DNA of 61,967 bases, counting the filler. It is 6 parts of 6 records of this genome, joined end to end, with 100 filler letters (N's around TTAATTAATTAA, not from the genome) between each part and the next. Parts side by side here need not be neighbours in the genome. Positions count along the whole stretch, not along the records: positions 11,111 to 32,720 come from SRR22947725_4610; positions 32,821 to 39,308 come from SRR22947725_4625; positions 39,409 to 48,591 come from SRR22947725_4632; 3 more parts are not named here. One strand, given 5' to 3'. Under the pieces are notes generated by a model. That model did no database searches. It worked only from the letters and a program-made list of their open reading frames with translations, and was not told where the DNA came from. Within the stretch, counting starts at the first letter, position 1. Each line of letters starts with the position of its first letter. Both the position numbers and the translations under genes were made by a program. Positions 30,830 to 42,631 of this stretch are shown here, in pieces.

Positions 30830-31765
30830 ATGAAATATTCAATCGTTTTTCCCGGTCAAGGGTCACAATCTCTAGGGATGTTGTCTGATCTAAATAGTAA
30901 CTTTTCAGTTGTAAGTGAAGTTTTTCAGGAGGCAAGTGATTCAATCAGTGTTAATCTATGGCAAATTCTTAATGAAGATCAAGAGGCACTAAATCTTACT
31001 GAAAACACTCAGCCAATAATGCTGGCTGCAGGATATGCGACCTATAAAGTATTATCGGAAGAGACTCATCTATCTCCTGTCGCTATGGCTGGCCATAGTT
31101 TGGGAGAATACACTGCACTGGTGGCCTCAAACTCTATGAGTTTTTTTGATGCGATTCAATTAGTTAGAAAAAGAGGCGAGTTGATGCAAGCTGCTGTTCC
31201 AAGTGGAACAGGTTCAATGGCGGCAATACTTGGACTTGAAGATACCCCCATTATTGAAATATGTAAAAAAGCTAGCATTAAGGGCGTAGTTGAAGCAGTC
31301 AACTTTAATTCGCCAGGGCAAGTCGTTATTGCCGGTGAAAAAAATGCAGTTGCTCATGCTTGTGAACTTATGAAAGAGGCTGGAGCAAAACGCGCTCTGG
31401 TTCTTCCAGTGAGTGTCCCATCACACTGCTCCTTAATGAAAGGGGCTGCCGCTAAATTTAAAACTTATATAGAGCCTGTTAATTTTAAGACTGGAAATGT
31501 TAAGGTGATTCATAATGTTGATGCCGATTATGCAGATAATATTAAAGCTATAAAAGCTAAGCTAGTTGAACAGCTTCATATGCCAGTTCTTTGGACTGAC
31601 TCTGTCATTAAGATGAAAGAGTCTGGCGTGGAGAAACTTATTGAAGCAGGACCTGGTAAGGTATTGACAGGACTTACAAGGCGTATCGATAAATCATTAA
31701 GTGCTTCGGCTATAATAGATGTGAGTTCATTAAAATCTACGATTGAGGAGATATCAAATGCTTGA
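30830..31765 (+). CDS. fabD: Malonyl-CoA:ACP transacylase
   Basis: FPGQGSQ, GHSLGEY and VSVPSH. Confidence 0.97.
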   Translation: MKYSIVFPGQGSQSLGMLSDLNSNFSVVSEVFQEASDSISVNLWQILNEDQEALNLTENTQPIMLAAGYATYKVLSEETHLSPVAMAGHSLGEYTALVASNSMSFFDAIQLVRKRGELMQAAVPSGTGSMAAILGLEDTPIIEICKKASIKGVVEAVNFNSPGQVVIAGEKNAVAHACELMKEAGAKRALVLPVSVPSHCSLMKGAAAKFKTYIEPVNFKTGNVKVIHNVDADYADNIKAIKAKLVEQLHMPVLWTDSVIKMKESGVEKLIEAGPGKVLTGLTRRIDKSLSASAIIDVSSLKSTIEEISNA

Positions 31766-32498
31766 CGGAAAACTAGTTCTTGTCACTGGCGCAACGAGAG
31801 GTATTGGCAAGGCAATTGCATTAACTTTGGGCGGAGCTGGTGCAACCGTTATTGGAACAGCCACCACTGAAACTGGTGCTGATAATGTTTCTAAAGTGTT
31901 TGCTGAAAATAAAATTTCTGGAAAAGGTATGAAATTGGATGTGACTGATAGTGAACAAGTCTCCAATCTCGTGAAGAATATCGGAGAAGATTTTGGTTCA
32001 GTCGATATCTTAGTTAATAATGCCGGGATCACAAGAGACAACATTCTTCTCAGAATGAAAGAAGATGAGTGGGAAGATATTATTAGTACTAATCTCTCTT
32101 CTATTTATAAGATGTCAAAATCAGTACTTCGGGGAATGATTAAGAAACGCTCAGGCAGAATTATTTCTATCACCTCAGTTGTCGGAGCTATGGGAAATGC
32201 TGGGCAATCAAATTATGGCGCCGCAAAAGCAGGGATTATTGGCTTTACAAAGTCATTAGCGCGTGAGGTTGGTGTTAGAGGTGTTACGGTCAATGCTATT
32301 GCGCCAGGTTTTATAGAAACTGACATGACTAATAGCCTCCCTGATGACCAGAAAGAAGCTTTGGCTGCGCAGATCCCGATGGGAAGATTGGGTACCGCCA
32401 ATGAAGTCGCGCAGGCTGTTTTATTTCTAGCAGGAGAAAGCGGTTCTTACATTACCGCTCAGACTATTCATGTTAATGGTGGTATGTACACTGTGTAG
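31758..32498 (+). CDS. fabG: 3-oxoacyl-ACP reductase
   Basis: TGATRGIG, NNAGITRD and YGAAK; ATG at 31758 after GAGGAG. Confidence 0.97.
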   Translation: MLDGKLVLVTGATRGIGKAIALTLGGAGATVIGTATTETGADNVSKVFAENKISGKGMKLDVTDSEQVSNLVKNIGEDFGSVDILVNNAGITRDNILLRMKEDEWEDIISTNLSSIYKMSKSVLRGMIKKRSGRIISITSVVGAMGNAGQSNYGAAKAGIIGFTKSLAREVGVRGVTVNAIAPGFIETDMTNSLPDDQKEALAAQIPMGRLGTANEVAQAVLFLAGESGSYITAQTIHVNGGMYTV

Positions 32499-32504
32499 AA
32501 AGCT

Positions 32505-32720
32505 CTATGATTCGCTCTCTTTATAGCTTTTTACAAAATTTCTAATAAATACCAATAAAATACCAGTAATAAATCCCATAATAATACCCAATAATATCGT
32601 TAATTGAGTTTTTGGTTTTATAGTGTTTGTTTCAATATTTCCAATAGGAAGAGTTTTTACTTGGGCTTCATTCATCAACAGCTGCAATTCATTTTCCAAG
32701 GTTTGTTGTTCTTGTTCTAG
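32505..32720 (-). CDS. C-terminal fragment of a Wzz/polysaccharide co-polymerase-like protein (5' truncated by contig end)
   Basis: Frame is open to the contig end. Coiled-coil LEQEQQTLENELQLL is followed by IKPK and the Gly-rich TM LTILLGIIMGFITGILLVFIR. Confidence 0.7.
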   Translation of the reverse strand, partial: LEQEQQTLENELQLLMNEAQVKTLPIGNIETNTIKPKTQLTILLGIIMGFITGILLVFIRNFVKSYKESES

Positions 32721-32820
32721 NNNNNNNNNNNNNNNNNNNNNNNNNNNNNNNNNNNNNNNNNNNNTTAATTAATTAANNNNNNNNNNNNNNNNNNNNNNNN
32801 NNNNNNNNNNNNNNNNNNNN
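32721..32820. other. Artificial contig linker
   Basis: N44-TTAATTAATTAA-N44. Confidence 0.98.
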
Positions 32821-33103
32821 GAAAGTGTATATCAGCAATTAATGGAACTTGACTTTCTTTTACAATTTCATGCATCGCTTTTGTTGAGGCAATATCAGGG
32901 CAACTCACCCTAACCATATCTGCACCAGCATCCGCACAAGAGTTTATTTGATTTACAGTGGCGCGAACATCATGAGTGAGTGTGTTTGTCATTGTTTGTA
33001 CTGATATGGGAGAATCCCCACCTACAGGAACATTTCCAACATAAATTTTTCTAGATTTTCTGCGGTAAATATTCCGCCATGGCCTTATAGAATTTAAACT
33101 CAT
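32821..33103 (-). CDS. ispG: HMBPP synthase IspG, N-terminal part (truncated)
   Basis: [28 protein letters not shown] and ADIHF. Confidence 0.95.
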
Positions 33104-33163
33104 GCAAATCTTCCAGATTGTGATAAAATATACAATACAATTTATAGTAACAGGATCAACAGA

Positions 33164-34357
33164 CTATTGTTCGATAGATTGTACTATGATCTTTGTATTT
33201 ATGGGTGGCACAAGTGGCAAAGTTAGATTATTTTCAACAATTGTATAATTTTCTAATATCTTTTTGGCCTGCAAATTTACTTTTTTTGCAACACCTGTGG
33301 CAGTTCCTAATGGGCCATAGAAATCATTGTCTATCATTAAATAAACAAAACCAGAATTACCCGCTCGTAAAAAAGCAGATTGTGCTGATTTAGGAACTTC
33401 GTATCTTTGGCCAGTATCTAAAATATTCTCAAATAATATATTACCATTCGGTTCATAAATACGTATCCAAGCAGGTTTCTGGGCAACAACATAAATTGCA
33501 GGAGGTTCTGTCCTAGTAACTTGTGGAATTTTTTTAAATTCAACATTATCTAAATCTTCATTTTTTTCGTTTAAAGGCATAGTATTTCCAACATAAACGC
33601 CTGATATAGATGGGTCTATCGCAGATATTGGTCCGTCTCTTGGCGTCATAACAGGCAATATTAATTCTGTAGGACGATAAAATTCTTTAAGGTCAGAATT
33701 ACTTATAATATTAAAATTATTATTATCGATATCTTCAAAGAAATTTTTATCATTAATAGAAGTAGAAGAACTAGCTTGAATTGAAGGTGATTGATTAATA
33801 GGAGATAGATTTACTTTTTGAACTTCATTTAAAACTGTAATACCCCCATATCCCAATCCTAATATCAAAAATAATAGTGCTGTTAGTGAAAATAAACCTG
33901 AAAAAGAAAAGTGATTAAATATACCATTATTTATTTTCTTCTTTCTTATTCGAGGGTTTAGTATTGGTTCATCTAAAAGTTTAGTTGGCTTTACTACTTT
34001 ATTTCTTTTTGTTCCATCAATCTCCGACTGTAGGCCAATAAAACCACTTTCTTTACAAAATTGATCAAAGCATTCTTCAGGATTTAAATTCAGATGAGTT
34101 GCGTAAGATCTTACATACCCTGCGATAAAACTTGGTGCAGGAAATGCATTAATATCTGCATTCTCTATACCAAGTAAAAATTCAATTCGAAGCCTTGTTT
34201 CTTTTTGTACATCTTCGAGAGTTTTACCCAAAGTAGCACGTTCACCACGCAATTTATCACCCAGTGTAACAGTGTATGAATCATAACCTTTTAACTCGAG
34301 CTTATCGGGGTGAAAGCCAGGTATTATTTTACCAATTTTTTTTCGTGTTAAAGCCAA
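33164..34357 (-). CDS. RodZ-like protein (HTH, TM, DUF4115)
   Basis: LGDKLRGERATLGK...GYVRSYA HTH, central TM helix and LRAGNSG; sits between hemA and ispG as in Rhodobacteraceae. Confidence 0.85.
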   Translation of the reverse strand: MALTRKKIGKIIPGFHPDKLELKGYDSYTVTLGDKLRGERATLGKTLEDVQKETRLRIEFLLGIENADINAFPAPSFIAGYVRSYATHLNLNPEECFDQFCKESGFIGLQSEIDGTKRNKVVKPTKLLDEPILNPRIRKKKINNGIFNHFSFSGLFSLTALLFLILGLGYGGITVLNEVQKVNLSPINQSPSIQASSSTSINDKNFFEDIDNNNFNIISNSDLKEFYRPTELILPVMTPRDGPISAIDPSISGVYVGNTMPLNEKNEDLDNVEFKKIPQVTRTEPPAIYVVAQKPAWIRIYEPNGNILFENILDTGQRYEVPKSAQSAFLRAGNSGFVYLMIDNDFYGPLGTATGVAKKVNLQAKKILENYTIVENNLTLPLVPPINTKIIVQSIEQ

Positions 34358-34441
34358 ATTGATTCTCTATTCATGTAAATGAAATGTTGATCAAACATAC
34401 ATATAAATTTTACAATTTGCACTGCTCAATTAAAATTCTAT

Positions 34442-35665
34442 TTAAGCGGTGATTTTTAGCCTACTCAATTTACAGTGTGACCACAATTCATCCATTGCAT
34501 TTACTAGTATATCTACCATTTCTTGAGTATGAACCGGTGAAGGTGTAAACCTAAGTCTTTCTGTACCACGAGGAACAGTTGGAAAATTTATTGGTTGCAC
34601 ATAAATTCCATAATCACTTAACAACCGGTCAGAAATCATTTTACATTTAACTGGATCACCAACGTGTATTGGCACGATATGACTGCCATGATCATCAAAA
34701 GGTAACCCTAAGCCACGAAATCGTAGTTTTAATTGTTTTGCAATATCTTGGTGTTTTTTTCTAATTTCTCTGTTTTCTTTTAAGATACGCACAGATTTAG
34801 TAGCAGCCGCAGCAAGCGCTGGTGGTAATGAAGAAGTAAAAATAAAACCCGGGGCATAAGATCTTATAGCATCTACAAAGCGAGGACTTGCAGCAATATA
34901 GCCACCTATTACGCCGTAAGCTTTTGCAAGTGTACCATTAAATATATCTATTCGACTTGATAGATTTAACATTTCACAGACACCACCACCTTTAGCACCG
35001 TACATACCAACCGCATGAACTTCATCGATATAAGTCAAAGCATTAAACTCATCTGCCAAGTCACATATTTCTTCTATTGGAGCAAAATCACCGTCCATTG
35101 AATACAATGATTCAAAAGCAATAATTTTTGGTCTACTTGGATCAATGTTTTCAAGCAACTGTCGTAAATGTTTTACATCGTTGTGGTGAAAAATTTGTTT
35201 TTCACAATTTCCATGCCTTATGCCTTCAATCATAGATGCATGATTTAGCTCATCTGATAATATTACTAAATTTGGAAAAAGTTTTGGCAATGCTGATAAA
35301 GTAGCTTCATTTGCATTGTAAGCTGACGTGAATAACAATGCTGCGTCTTTTTGATGAAGCTCAGCTAATTCTTTTTCAAGTTCTTTGTGAAATACTGTAT
35401 TACCAGAAATATTTCTAGTACCACCGGATCCAACCCCTGCACTATCAATGCTCTTTTTTAAAGCAGATATGACTTCAGGGCTTTGCCCCATTCCAAGATA
35501 ATCATTACCACACCAAACTGTTATTTCAGTTTGTGTTCCATCAGTTTGGACCCAGTTTGCTTTTGGATATTCACCATTTATGCGGCTAATATCCTGAAAT
35601 ACTCGATATCTACCTTCAGCGTGCAAAGCATTTAACGCTTTATCTATTTGATGATCATAGTTCAT
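34442..35665 (-). CDS. hemA: 5-aminolevulinate synthase
   Basis: [32 protein letters not shown] and [12 protein letters not shown] at 35665, alternative TTG at 35677. Confidence 0.97.
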   Translation of the reverse strand: MNYDHQIDKALNALHAEGRYRVFQDISRINGEYPKANWVQTDGTQTEITVWCGNDYLGMGQSPEVISALKKSIDSAGVGSGGTRNISGNTVFHKELEKELAELHQKDAALLFTSAYNANEATLSALPKLFPNLVILSDELNHASMIEGIRHGNCEKQIFHHNDVKHLRQLLENIDPSRPKIIAFESLYSMDGDFAPIEEICDLADEFNALTYIDEVHAVGMYGAKGGGVCEMLNLSSRIDIFNGTLAKAYGVIGGYIAASPRFVDAIRSYAPGFIFTSSLPPALAAAATKSVRILKENREIRKKHQDIAKQLKLRFRGLGLPFDDHGSHIVPIHVGDPVKCKMISDRLLSDYGIYVQPINFPTVPRGTERLRFTPSPVHTQEMVDILVNAMDELWSHCKLSRLKITA

Positions 35666-35834
35666 TCTGTAGTCCAATTTAATTATAATTTTTACTTAAA
35701 CTAATTACCTTGAAAAATTAAGTCCCAAAACGCCGCAGTTATATAATTTTTTAAATATGTATTTATATTTCATACCAAATGTTTCTTAATTATACAATAA
35801 GAATTCAATAAATGGAATACGTTTTTGATGAAAT

Positions 35835-36095
35835 TTATTTATTTTTAAGGAAATAATTAGTTATTCTATTAATTGCAGATAAAAGTTCAGGAGGAATTTC
35901 TGACTTTCCACTCACCCAGTTATATAAATCATGATCATTTTCAGACATCATTAATTCGTGTTCATTTAATTCTTTAATGGAGAGTTTAGACATTTCGTTA
36001 TCAGCGAACCCACCAAGAATTAAATCCATTTCTTTTATCCCACGGTGCCAAGATCGCATTCTTAATCTTTTTAACCTCGTTGAGTGATCTTCCAT
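35835..36095 (-). CDS. sdhE: Succinate dehydrogenase flavinylation/assembly factor (SdhE/Sdh5)
   Basis: RSWHRGIKEMD (RGxxE) and DLYNW. Confidence 0.92.
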   Translation of the reverse strand: MEDHSTRLKRLRMRSWHRGIKEMDLILGGFADNEMSKLSIKELNEHELMMSENDHDLYNWVSGKSEIPPELLSAINRITNYFLKNK

Positions 36096-36189
36096 AGAAT
36101 TCTCCTTTATAATCTAAATGCTACAGATAATTTTAAGGTCAAGTAAAAAGGAGAACTTGAACATAAAATATTTATAGTTAATTAATTAA

Positions 36190-37410
<1,221 letters not shown>

Positions 37411-37420
37411 ATACAAAATA

Positions 37421-37882
37421 TCAGACTGATAATCTTTGTGTGGATTTTATTTCCTCCATTGATAATAGAGCTGTCACATTGAAAATTTTTACCTCTGAAA
37501 TTAAAGCTTGATAGAATTCGTCATAAGCCTTTGCATTTTTTACCCGAACTTTCAGGATATAATCTATATCACCAGCTAATCGATGCGCTTCCAAAACTTC
37601 TTCTCTAGATAATAGCGCATTTAAAAAGCTATCCTGCCAATCTTTTTCATGTTCAGACGTTCTCACAAGAACAAAAAAACATGCTTCTAAACCAAGTTTA
37701 TCTGGATCAAGAATAACAGTATGATTTTTTATTATTCCAATTTTTCTTAATTTTTTTATTCTGTTCCAAACAGGAGTTTTGGAAGCGCCAACTTTTTTTG
37801 CGATATCTTCCAATGATTGGGACGCATCTATTTGTAATTCGGTAAGTATTTTTTTGTCTATATTATCCAACTGGAAAGCCAT
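37421..37882 (-). CDS. Lrp/AsnC family transcriptional regulator (DecR-like)
   Basis: LDNIDKKIL HTH, TPVWNRIKKL, AGDIDY and SMEEIK. Confidence 0.93.
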   Translation of the reverse strand: MAFQLDNIDKKILTELQIDASQSLEDIAKKVGASKTPVWNRIKKLRKIGIIKNHTVILDPDKLGLEACFFVLVRTSEHEKDWQDSFLNALLSREEVLEAHRLAGDIDYILKVRVKNAKAYDEFYQALISEVKIFNVTALLSMEEIKSTQRLSV

Positions 37883-37974
37883 TCCAAATCATCCTCTAGT
37901 TTGGTATTTTTTCAATCTAATTACATTATTTATAGTAATATATTCTTAATATAAAGACATAATATGATTATATC

Positions 37975-37989
37975 TGGAATATTATTCTA
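37975..37989. promoter_or_regulatory. Lrp-type binding site
   Basis: TGGAATATTATTCTA matches the E. coli Lrp consensus YAGHAWATTWTDCTR at 14 of 15 positions, in the Lrp/fpr divergent region. Confidence 0.55.
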
Positions 37990-38122
37990 AGATACTTATA
38001 AACAAACTTGAATTTAATGATCATAAACTCATATCAATAAATATTTATATCTTAACTCATATAGTATATGGAAAAATTAATACCTTTAAGATATTCCAAC
38101 CGTAAATCAAAGAGTCCATAAA

Positions 38123-38902
38123 TTGACAAAAATTGCTTCAAATACACAAACAGTAACATCAGTTACACACTTCACTGATCGCCTATTTTCATTTCGTGTT
38201 ACTCGACCACAAAGCTTAAGGTTTAGAAGTGGCGAATTTGTAATGATTGGATTGTTAGATGAAAACGAAAAGCCTATCTTGCGAGCTTATTCAATCGCGT
38301 CCCCAAGTTGGGACGATGAATTAGAATTCTATTCAATAAAAGTACAAGATGGCCCATTAACTTCAAAACTTCAAAATATTAAAATTGGTGACGCTATAAT
38401 TATAAAGTCAAAACCAGTTGGTACATTGGTTTTAGATGCATTATTGCCTGCTAAACGCATTTATTTTATAGCCACGGGTACAGGCTTTGCACCCTTTGCA
38501 TCACTTATTCGAGATCCTGATTTGTACGAAAGATATGATCAGATAATAGTATGTCATACTTGTAGGGAAATAGCAGAACTAAATTACAGCTCAAAATTAG
38601 TTGAATCGCTGAATGATGACCCATTAATAGGAGAAATGGTTGGTGACAAACTCAAGTTCTACCCAACTACAACCCGTGAAACTTCAGAAAATATGGGCCG
38701 TATTACTGATTTGATAATTGATGGAACAATAGAAAATGATCTCAATCTTCCTCCATTAAATCCAAAAACAGATAGGTTAATGGTCTGTGGGTCGATGGGA
38801 TTGAATAATGACATAAAGAAAATTTGTGATGCTGCTGGTATGAATGAAGGGTCAAATTCTTCACCCTCTCATTATGTTGTAGAAAAAGCCTTTGTGGGGT
38901 AA
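38123..38902 (+). CDS. fpr: Ferredoxin--NADP(+) reductase
   Basis: RAYSIAS, GPLTS, ATGTGFAPF, CGS and C-terminal VEKAFVG; TTG start. Confidence 0.95.
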   Translation: MTKIASNTQTVTSVTHFTDRLFSFRVTRPQSLRFRSGEFVMIGLLDENEKPILRAYSIASPSWDDELEFYSIKVQDGPLTSKLQNIKIGDAIIIKSKPVGTLVLDALLPAKRIYFIATGTGFAPFASLIRDPDLYERYDQIIVCHTCREIAELNYSSKLVESLNDDPLIGEMVGDKLKFYPTTTRETSENMGRITDLIIDGTIENDLNLPPLNPKTDRLMVCGSMGLNNDIKKICDAAGMNEGSNSSPSHYVVEKAFVG

Positions 38903-38909
38903 TTACCCC
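38896..38909. terminator. Short GC hairpin between convergent fpr and ArsC-family genes
   Basis: Perfect palindrome GGGGTAATTACCCC spanning the fpr stop; no clear U tract. Confidence 0.4.
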
Positions 38910-38924
38910 CCGATTATCCAGGAA

Positions 38925-39251
38925 TTAATTTAAAATCCGATTTTCAACTTCTTTATTCCAACCTAATTCAGATTTATTATTATAGCGTATTATTGGACGC
39001 TTCATTAAAGCTGGGTATTTAATCAATAGCTCAATAGGGTCTAGCTTTTGTTCAGACAAGGACAGACTGCGCCAAGTTGTGGATCGTTTGTTTACAAGTT
39101 CAACCCCAAATATACAATAAAAATTTTCTAACAATTTTAAAGAGACACCATCCGATCTAACATCAATAAAAGATACATCTTGCACTGAGTTTGACAAAGT
39201 TTTGAGTGCCTGCCGACATTTATCACAATTTTTCAATCCATATATCTTCAT
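38925..39251 (-). CDS. ArsC/Spx/YffB family protein
   Basis: IYGLKNCDKC, NKRSTTWR and LMKRP. Confidence 0.9.
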   Translation of the reverse strand: MKIYGLKNCDKCRQALKTLSNSVQDVSFIDVRSDGVSLKLLENFYCIFGVELVNKRSTTWRSLSLSEQKLDPIELLIKYPALMKRPIIRYNNKSELGWNKEVENRILN

Positions 39252-39308
39252 ATTTTACAACTTTATATTTAGTAAACATAGATCAAAACTTTTAAAAGTT
39301 TTGATCTA

Positions 39309-39408
39309 NNNNNNNNNNNNNNNNNNNNNNNNNNNNNNNNNNNNNNNNNNNNTTAATTAATTAANNNNNNNNNNNNNNNNNNNNNNNNNNNNNNNNNNNN
39401 NNNNNNNN
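39309..39408. other. Artificial contig linker
   Basis: N44-TTAATTAATTAA-N44. Confidence 0.98.
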
Positions 39409-40579
39409 TTCTATGCCCTCTAATTTCAGCTTCATCTCGAACTCCGCCAAGTGACATTCTAACAAATTCTCTACCCGTAGCTTTTGCAATAGACTTACCT
39501 AATGATGTTTTTCCAACGCCTGGTGGTCCAACCAAACATAGAATAGGTCCTTTTATTTTTTTTATTCTAGATTGAACTGCTAAAAATTCCAAAATTCTAT
39601 CTTTGATTTTATCAAGCCCATAATGATCTTCATTTAAAATTTTCTCAGCCTTTGTAAGATCAGTACTTACAGGGGAGCTTTCATTCCATGGTAGCGAAAT
39701 CATCCAATCTAGATAGTTTCTTACAACCGTAGACTCCGCAGACATGGGGCTCATTGTTTTTAGTTTTTTTAATTCAGAAAAACATTTTTCTTCTGCCTCT
39801 TTTGACATTTTAGATTTTTTAATAGAGTCCTCAAGTTGTTTTAATTCATCCTTGCCCTCCTCTATATCACCAAGTTCTTTTTGAATTGCCTTTAGTTGCT
39901 CATTTAGATAATACTCTCTTTGAGTTTTTTCCATTTGATTTTTTACTCTTCCACGTATTCTTTTCTCCACAGACATAAGCTCAAGCTCATTATCTAAATG
40001 ACCGATAATAATTTCTAATTTTTTTTGAATTGATAAAGTTTCGAGAATTTTTTGCTTCTCGTTAAGCTCAACACCAAGAGTTGAAATTACCTTGTTTGCA
40101 ATAACGTTAGGTTGGGTTATATTTTTAAAATTTATATTGCCCTCTTCATTAAATTTTTTAGACGTTTTCGATAATTTGTTAAATTTATTAATTAAAGCTT
40201 GTGATAATAAATTATTATTTTTATCCTCTAGTAAATTACAATTCTCAACTTTTGCTTCCAAATATTTGTCATTTTTAATGTAATTTGTGATTTTACAAAC
40301 AGACCCTCCTTCAACCAGTATTTTTACAGTTCCATCTGGTAATTTCAGTAATTGAAGAACTTCAGCTAATGTTCCTATAGAATACAAATCATCTTCTTTT
40401 GGATTGTCAATATCAGGATTTTTTTGAGCAAGAAGTAAAATTTTCTTAGTCTCTTTCATTGCAGTTTCTAATGCATTAATCGATTTGTCTCTTCCAACAA
40501 ATAATGGAGTTGTTACATTGGGAAATACTACAATATCTCTTAAGGGTAGCACCGGTATTGATTTAATATCTAAATTCAT
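39409..40579 (-). CDS. lon: Lon protease, N-terminal half (truncated)
   Basis: PVLPLRDIVVFP, QREYYLNEQ, GPPGVGKT and GGVRDEAEIRGHR. Confidence 0.97.
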
Positions 40580-40586
40580 AACTTAA

Positions 40587-40614
40587 AGATAGTTATTAAA
40601 GAGTATAAAACAAG
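40587..40614 (-). promoter_or_regulatory. Candidate RpoH (sigma32) promoter of lon
   Basis: Minus strand CTTG-N17-ACTATCT against the alphaproteobacterial consensus CTTG-N17-CYTATNT. Confidence 0.55.
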
Positions 40615-40639
40615 GTGAAAATTTTAAAGATATCACCAA

Positions 40640-41911
40640 TTAATTGGCAATTTTTTCTTCTTTTTCAGAAATAGGTCGTGTAGTTTTTGAATAAATCATT
40701 AACGGCTTAGTTTTACCGTTTATTACTTCTTTATTAAGGATAACTTCTTCAACTCCTTCGATTGATGGAAGGTCAAACATAGTCTCTAGAAGAACTTCCT
40801 CAATTATAGATCTCAATCCTCTCGCGCCAGTTTTTCTGAGTATAGCTTTTTGTGCTATAGACTTTAGCGCATCTTTTCCAAAAGTAAGTTTTGCTCCTTC
40901 AATTTCAAATAACTTAGAGTATTGTTTTGTTAATGAGTTTTTTGGCTCCTCTAAAATTTTAACCAGGCTAGCTTCATCCAAGTCTTCTAAAGTAGAAATG
41001 ATTGGTAGTCTACCTATGAATTCTGGTATTAAGCCGAACTTTAATAGGTCTTCTGGCTGCACATCCTTCATCAATTCACCAGCGCCCTTTTCGACCTTGT
41101 CTTTAATATCTGCACCAAAACCAATTGAAGAACCTTTATCTCTATTTGAGATGATCTTATCAATTCCAGCAAAAGCACCTCCAACAATGAAAAGTATATT
41201 GGTAGTATCTACTTGTAGAAATTCTTGTTGCGGATGTTTTCTTCCTCCTTGAGGCGGTACACTAGCAACAGTTCCCTCCATTATTTTTAATAACGCTTGT
41301 TGTACTCCTTCACCCGATACATCTCTTGTGATTGAAGGGTTTTCAGTTTTTCTACTAATCTTGTCCACTTCATCAATATAAACAATTCCCCGCTGTGCCT
41401 TCTCAACATTGTAATCTGCTGCTTGAAGTAATTTTAAAATGATATTTTCCACATCTTCACCAACATATCCGGCTTCGGTTAATGTTGTTGCATCGGCCAT
41501 TGTAAATGGGACATCTAATATTTTTGCTAATGTCTGGGCTAATAAAGTTTTACCACAACCTGTCGGCCCTATTAATAGAATGTTAGATTTTGATAATTCA
41601 ACATCGTTAGATGATTTCTCTGCATGACCCAATCTCTTGTAATGATTGTGTACAGCCACAGATAAAATTTGTTTTGCTTTCTTTTGGCCAATGACATAGT
41701 CGTTTAAAATTGTAAATATTTCTTTGGGTGCAGGTACATCGCCTTCTGTTTTAGAAATTTGACTTTTGCTTTCTTCTTTTATGATATCCATGCAAAGCTC
41801 TACACATTCATCACAAATAAAGACAGTTGGACCGGCAATTAACTTTCTTACTTCATGCTGGCTCTTCCCACAGAAAGAACAATAAAGGGTATTTTTATTT
41901 TCTTTAGTCAT
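40640..41911 (-). CDS. clpX: ATP-dependent Clp protease ATP-binding subunit
   Basis: CSFCGK zinc finger, [14 protein letters not shown] and IGF loop. Confidence 0.99.
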   Translation of the reverse strand: MTKENKNTLYCSFCGKSQHEVRKLIAGPTVFICDECVELCMDIIKEESKSQISKTEGDVPAPKEIFTILNDYVIGQKKAKQILSVAVHNHYKRLGHAEKSSNDVELSKSNILLIGPTGCGKTLLAQTLAKILDVPFTMADATTLTEAGYVGEDVENIILKLLQAADYNVEKAQRGIVYIDEVDKISRKTENPSITRDVSGEGVQQALLKIMEGTVASVPPQGGRKHPQQEFLQVDTTNILFIVGGAFAGIDKIISNRDKGSSIGFGADIKDKVEKGAGELMKDVQPEDLLKFGLIPEFIGRLPIISTLEDLDEASLVKILEEPKNSLTKQYSKLFEIEGAKLTFGKDALKSIAQKAILRKTGARGLRSIIEEVLLETMFDLPSIEGVEEVILNKEVINGKTKPLMIYSKTTRPISEKEEKIAN

Positions 41912-41985
41912 TTCGAATCAATATCACTATACATTAACTCATACAGAGTTAATTAATCAAGCAATAGTTGAATCTACTTAAATTT

Positions 41986-42600
41986 CTATTTTTCTCGTTT
42001 TTCTACGACTTTATCAATAAGTCCAAATTTTTTAGCATCATCAGCGCTCATAAAATTATCCCTTTCAAGCGCCTCTTTGATAGTTTCTACGCTTTGACCA
42101 GTATGTTTAGAATAGATTTCGTTAAGTTTTTTCTTAGTAGATAAAATTTCTTTAGTATGAATTTCAATATCAGTTGCTTGACCCTGAAATCCTGCAGACG
42201 GTTGATGCACCATTATCCTTGCATTTGGTAGGGACATTCTCAATCCCTTTTCGCCAGCTGCTAACAAAAAAGAGCCCATGGAAGCTGCTTGACCAATGCA
42301 TAATGTTGAAACTGTAGGTTTAATAAATTGCATTGTGTCATAAATTGCAAGACCATCTGAAACGACACCTCCTGGTGAATTTATATAAAGATATATTTCT
42401 TTAGAATTATTTTCAGATTCTAAAAATAATAGCTGTGCTGAGACCAAACTTGATACATATGAATTGATTGGTCCAGTAAGAAAAATTATTCTTTCTTTTA
42501 ATAACCTAGAATAAATATCAAATGATCTTTCTCCTCTCGGAGTTTGCTCGATAACCATCGGTACTAATGTATTCATGTATATGTCTAAAGGATCTTTCAT
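41986..42600 (-). CDS. clpP: Clp protease proteolytic subunit
   Basis: [25 protein letters not shown] and MVHQP. Confidence 0.99.
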   Translation of the reverse strand: MKDPLDIYMNTLVPMVIEQTPRGERSFDIYSRLLKERIIFLTGPINSYVSSLVSAQLLFLESENNSKEIYLYINSPGGVVSDGLAIYDTMQFIKPTVSTLCIGQAASMGSFLLAAGEKGLRMSLPNARIMVHQPSAGFQGQATDIEIHTKEILSTKKKLNEIYSKHTGQSVETIKEALERDNFMSADDAKKFGLIDKVVEKREK

Positions 42601-42631
42601 ACGAATCTTAGATTTAACTTATATCTAATAA

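Noticed and set aside
41933..41953. Inverted repeat ATTAACTC-N5-GAGTTAAT between clpP and clpX as a CtrA box
   Set aside because: The TTAA spacing is not N7; the AT-rich dyad may be a weak hairpin or a chance match.
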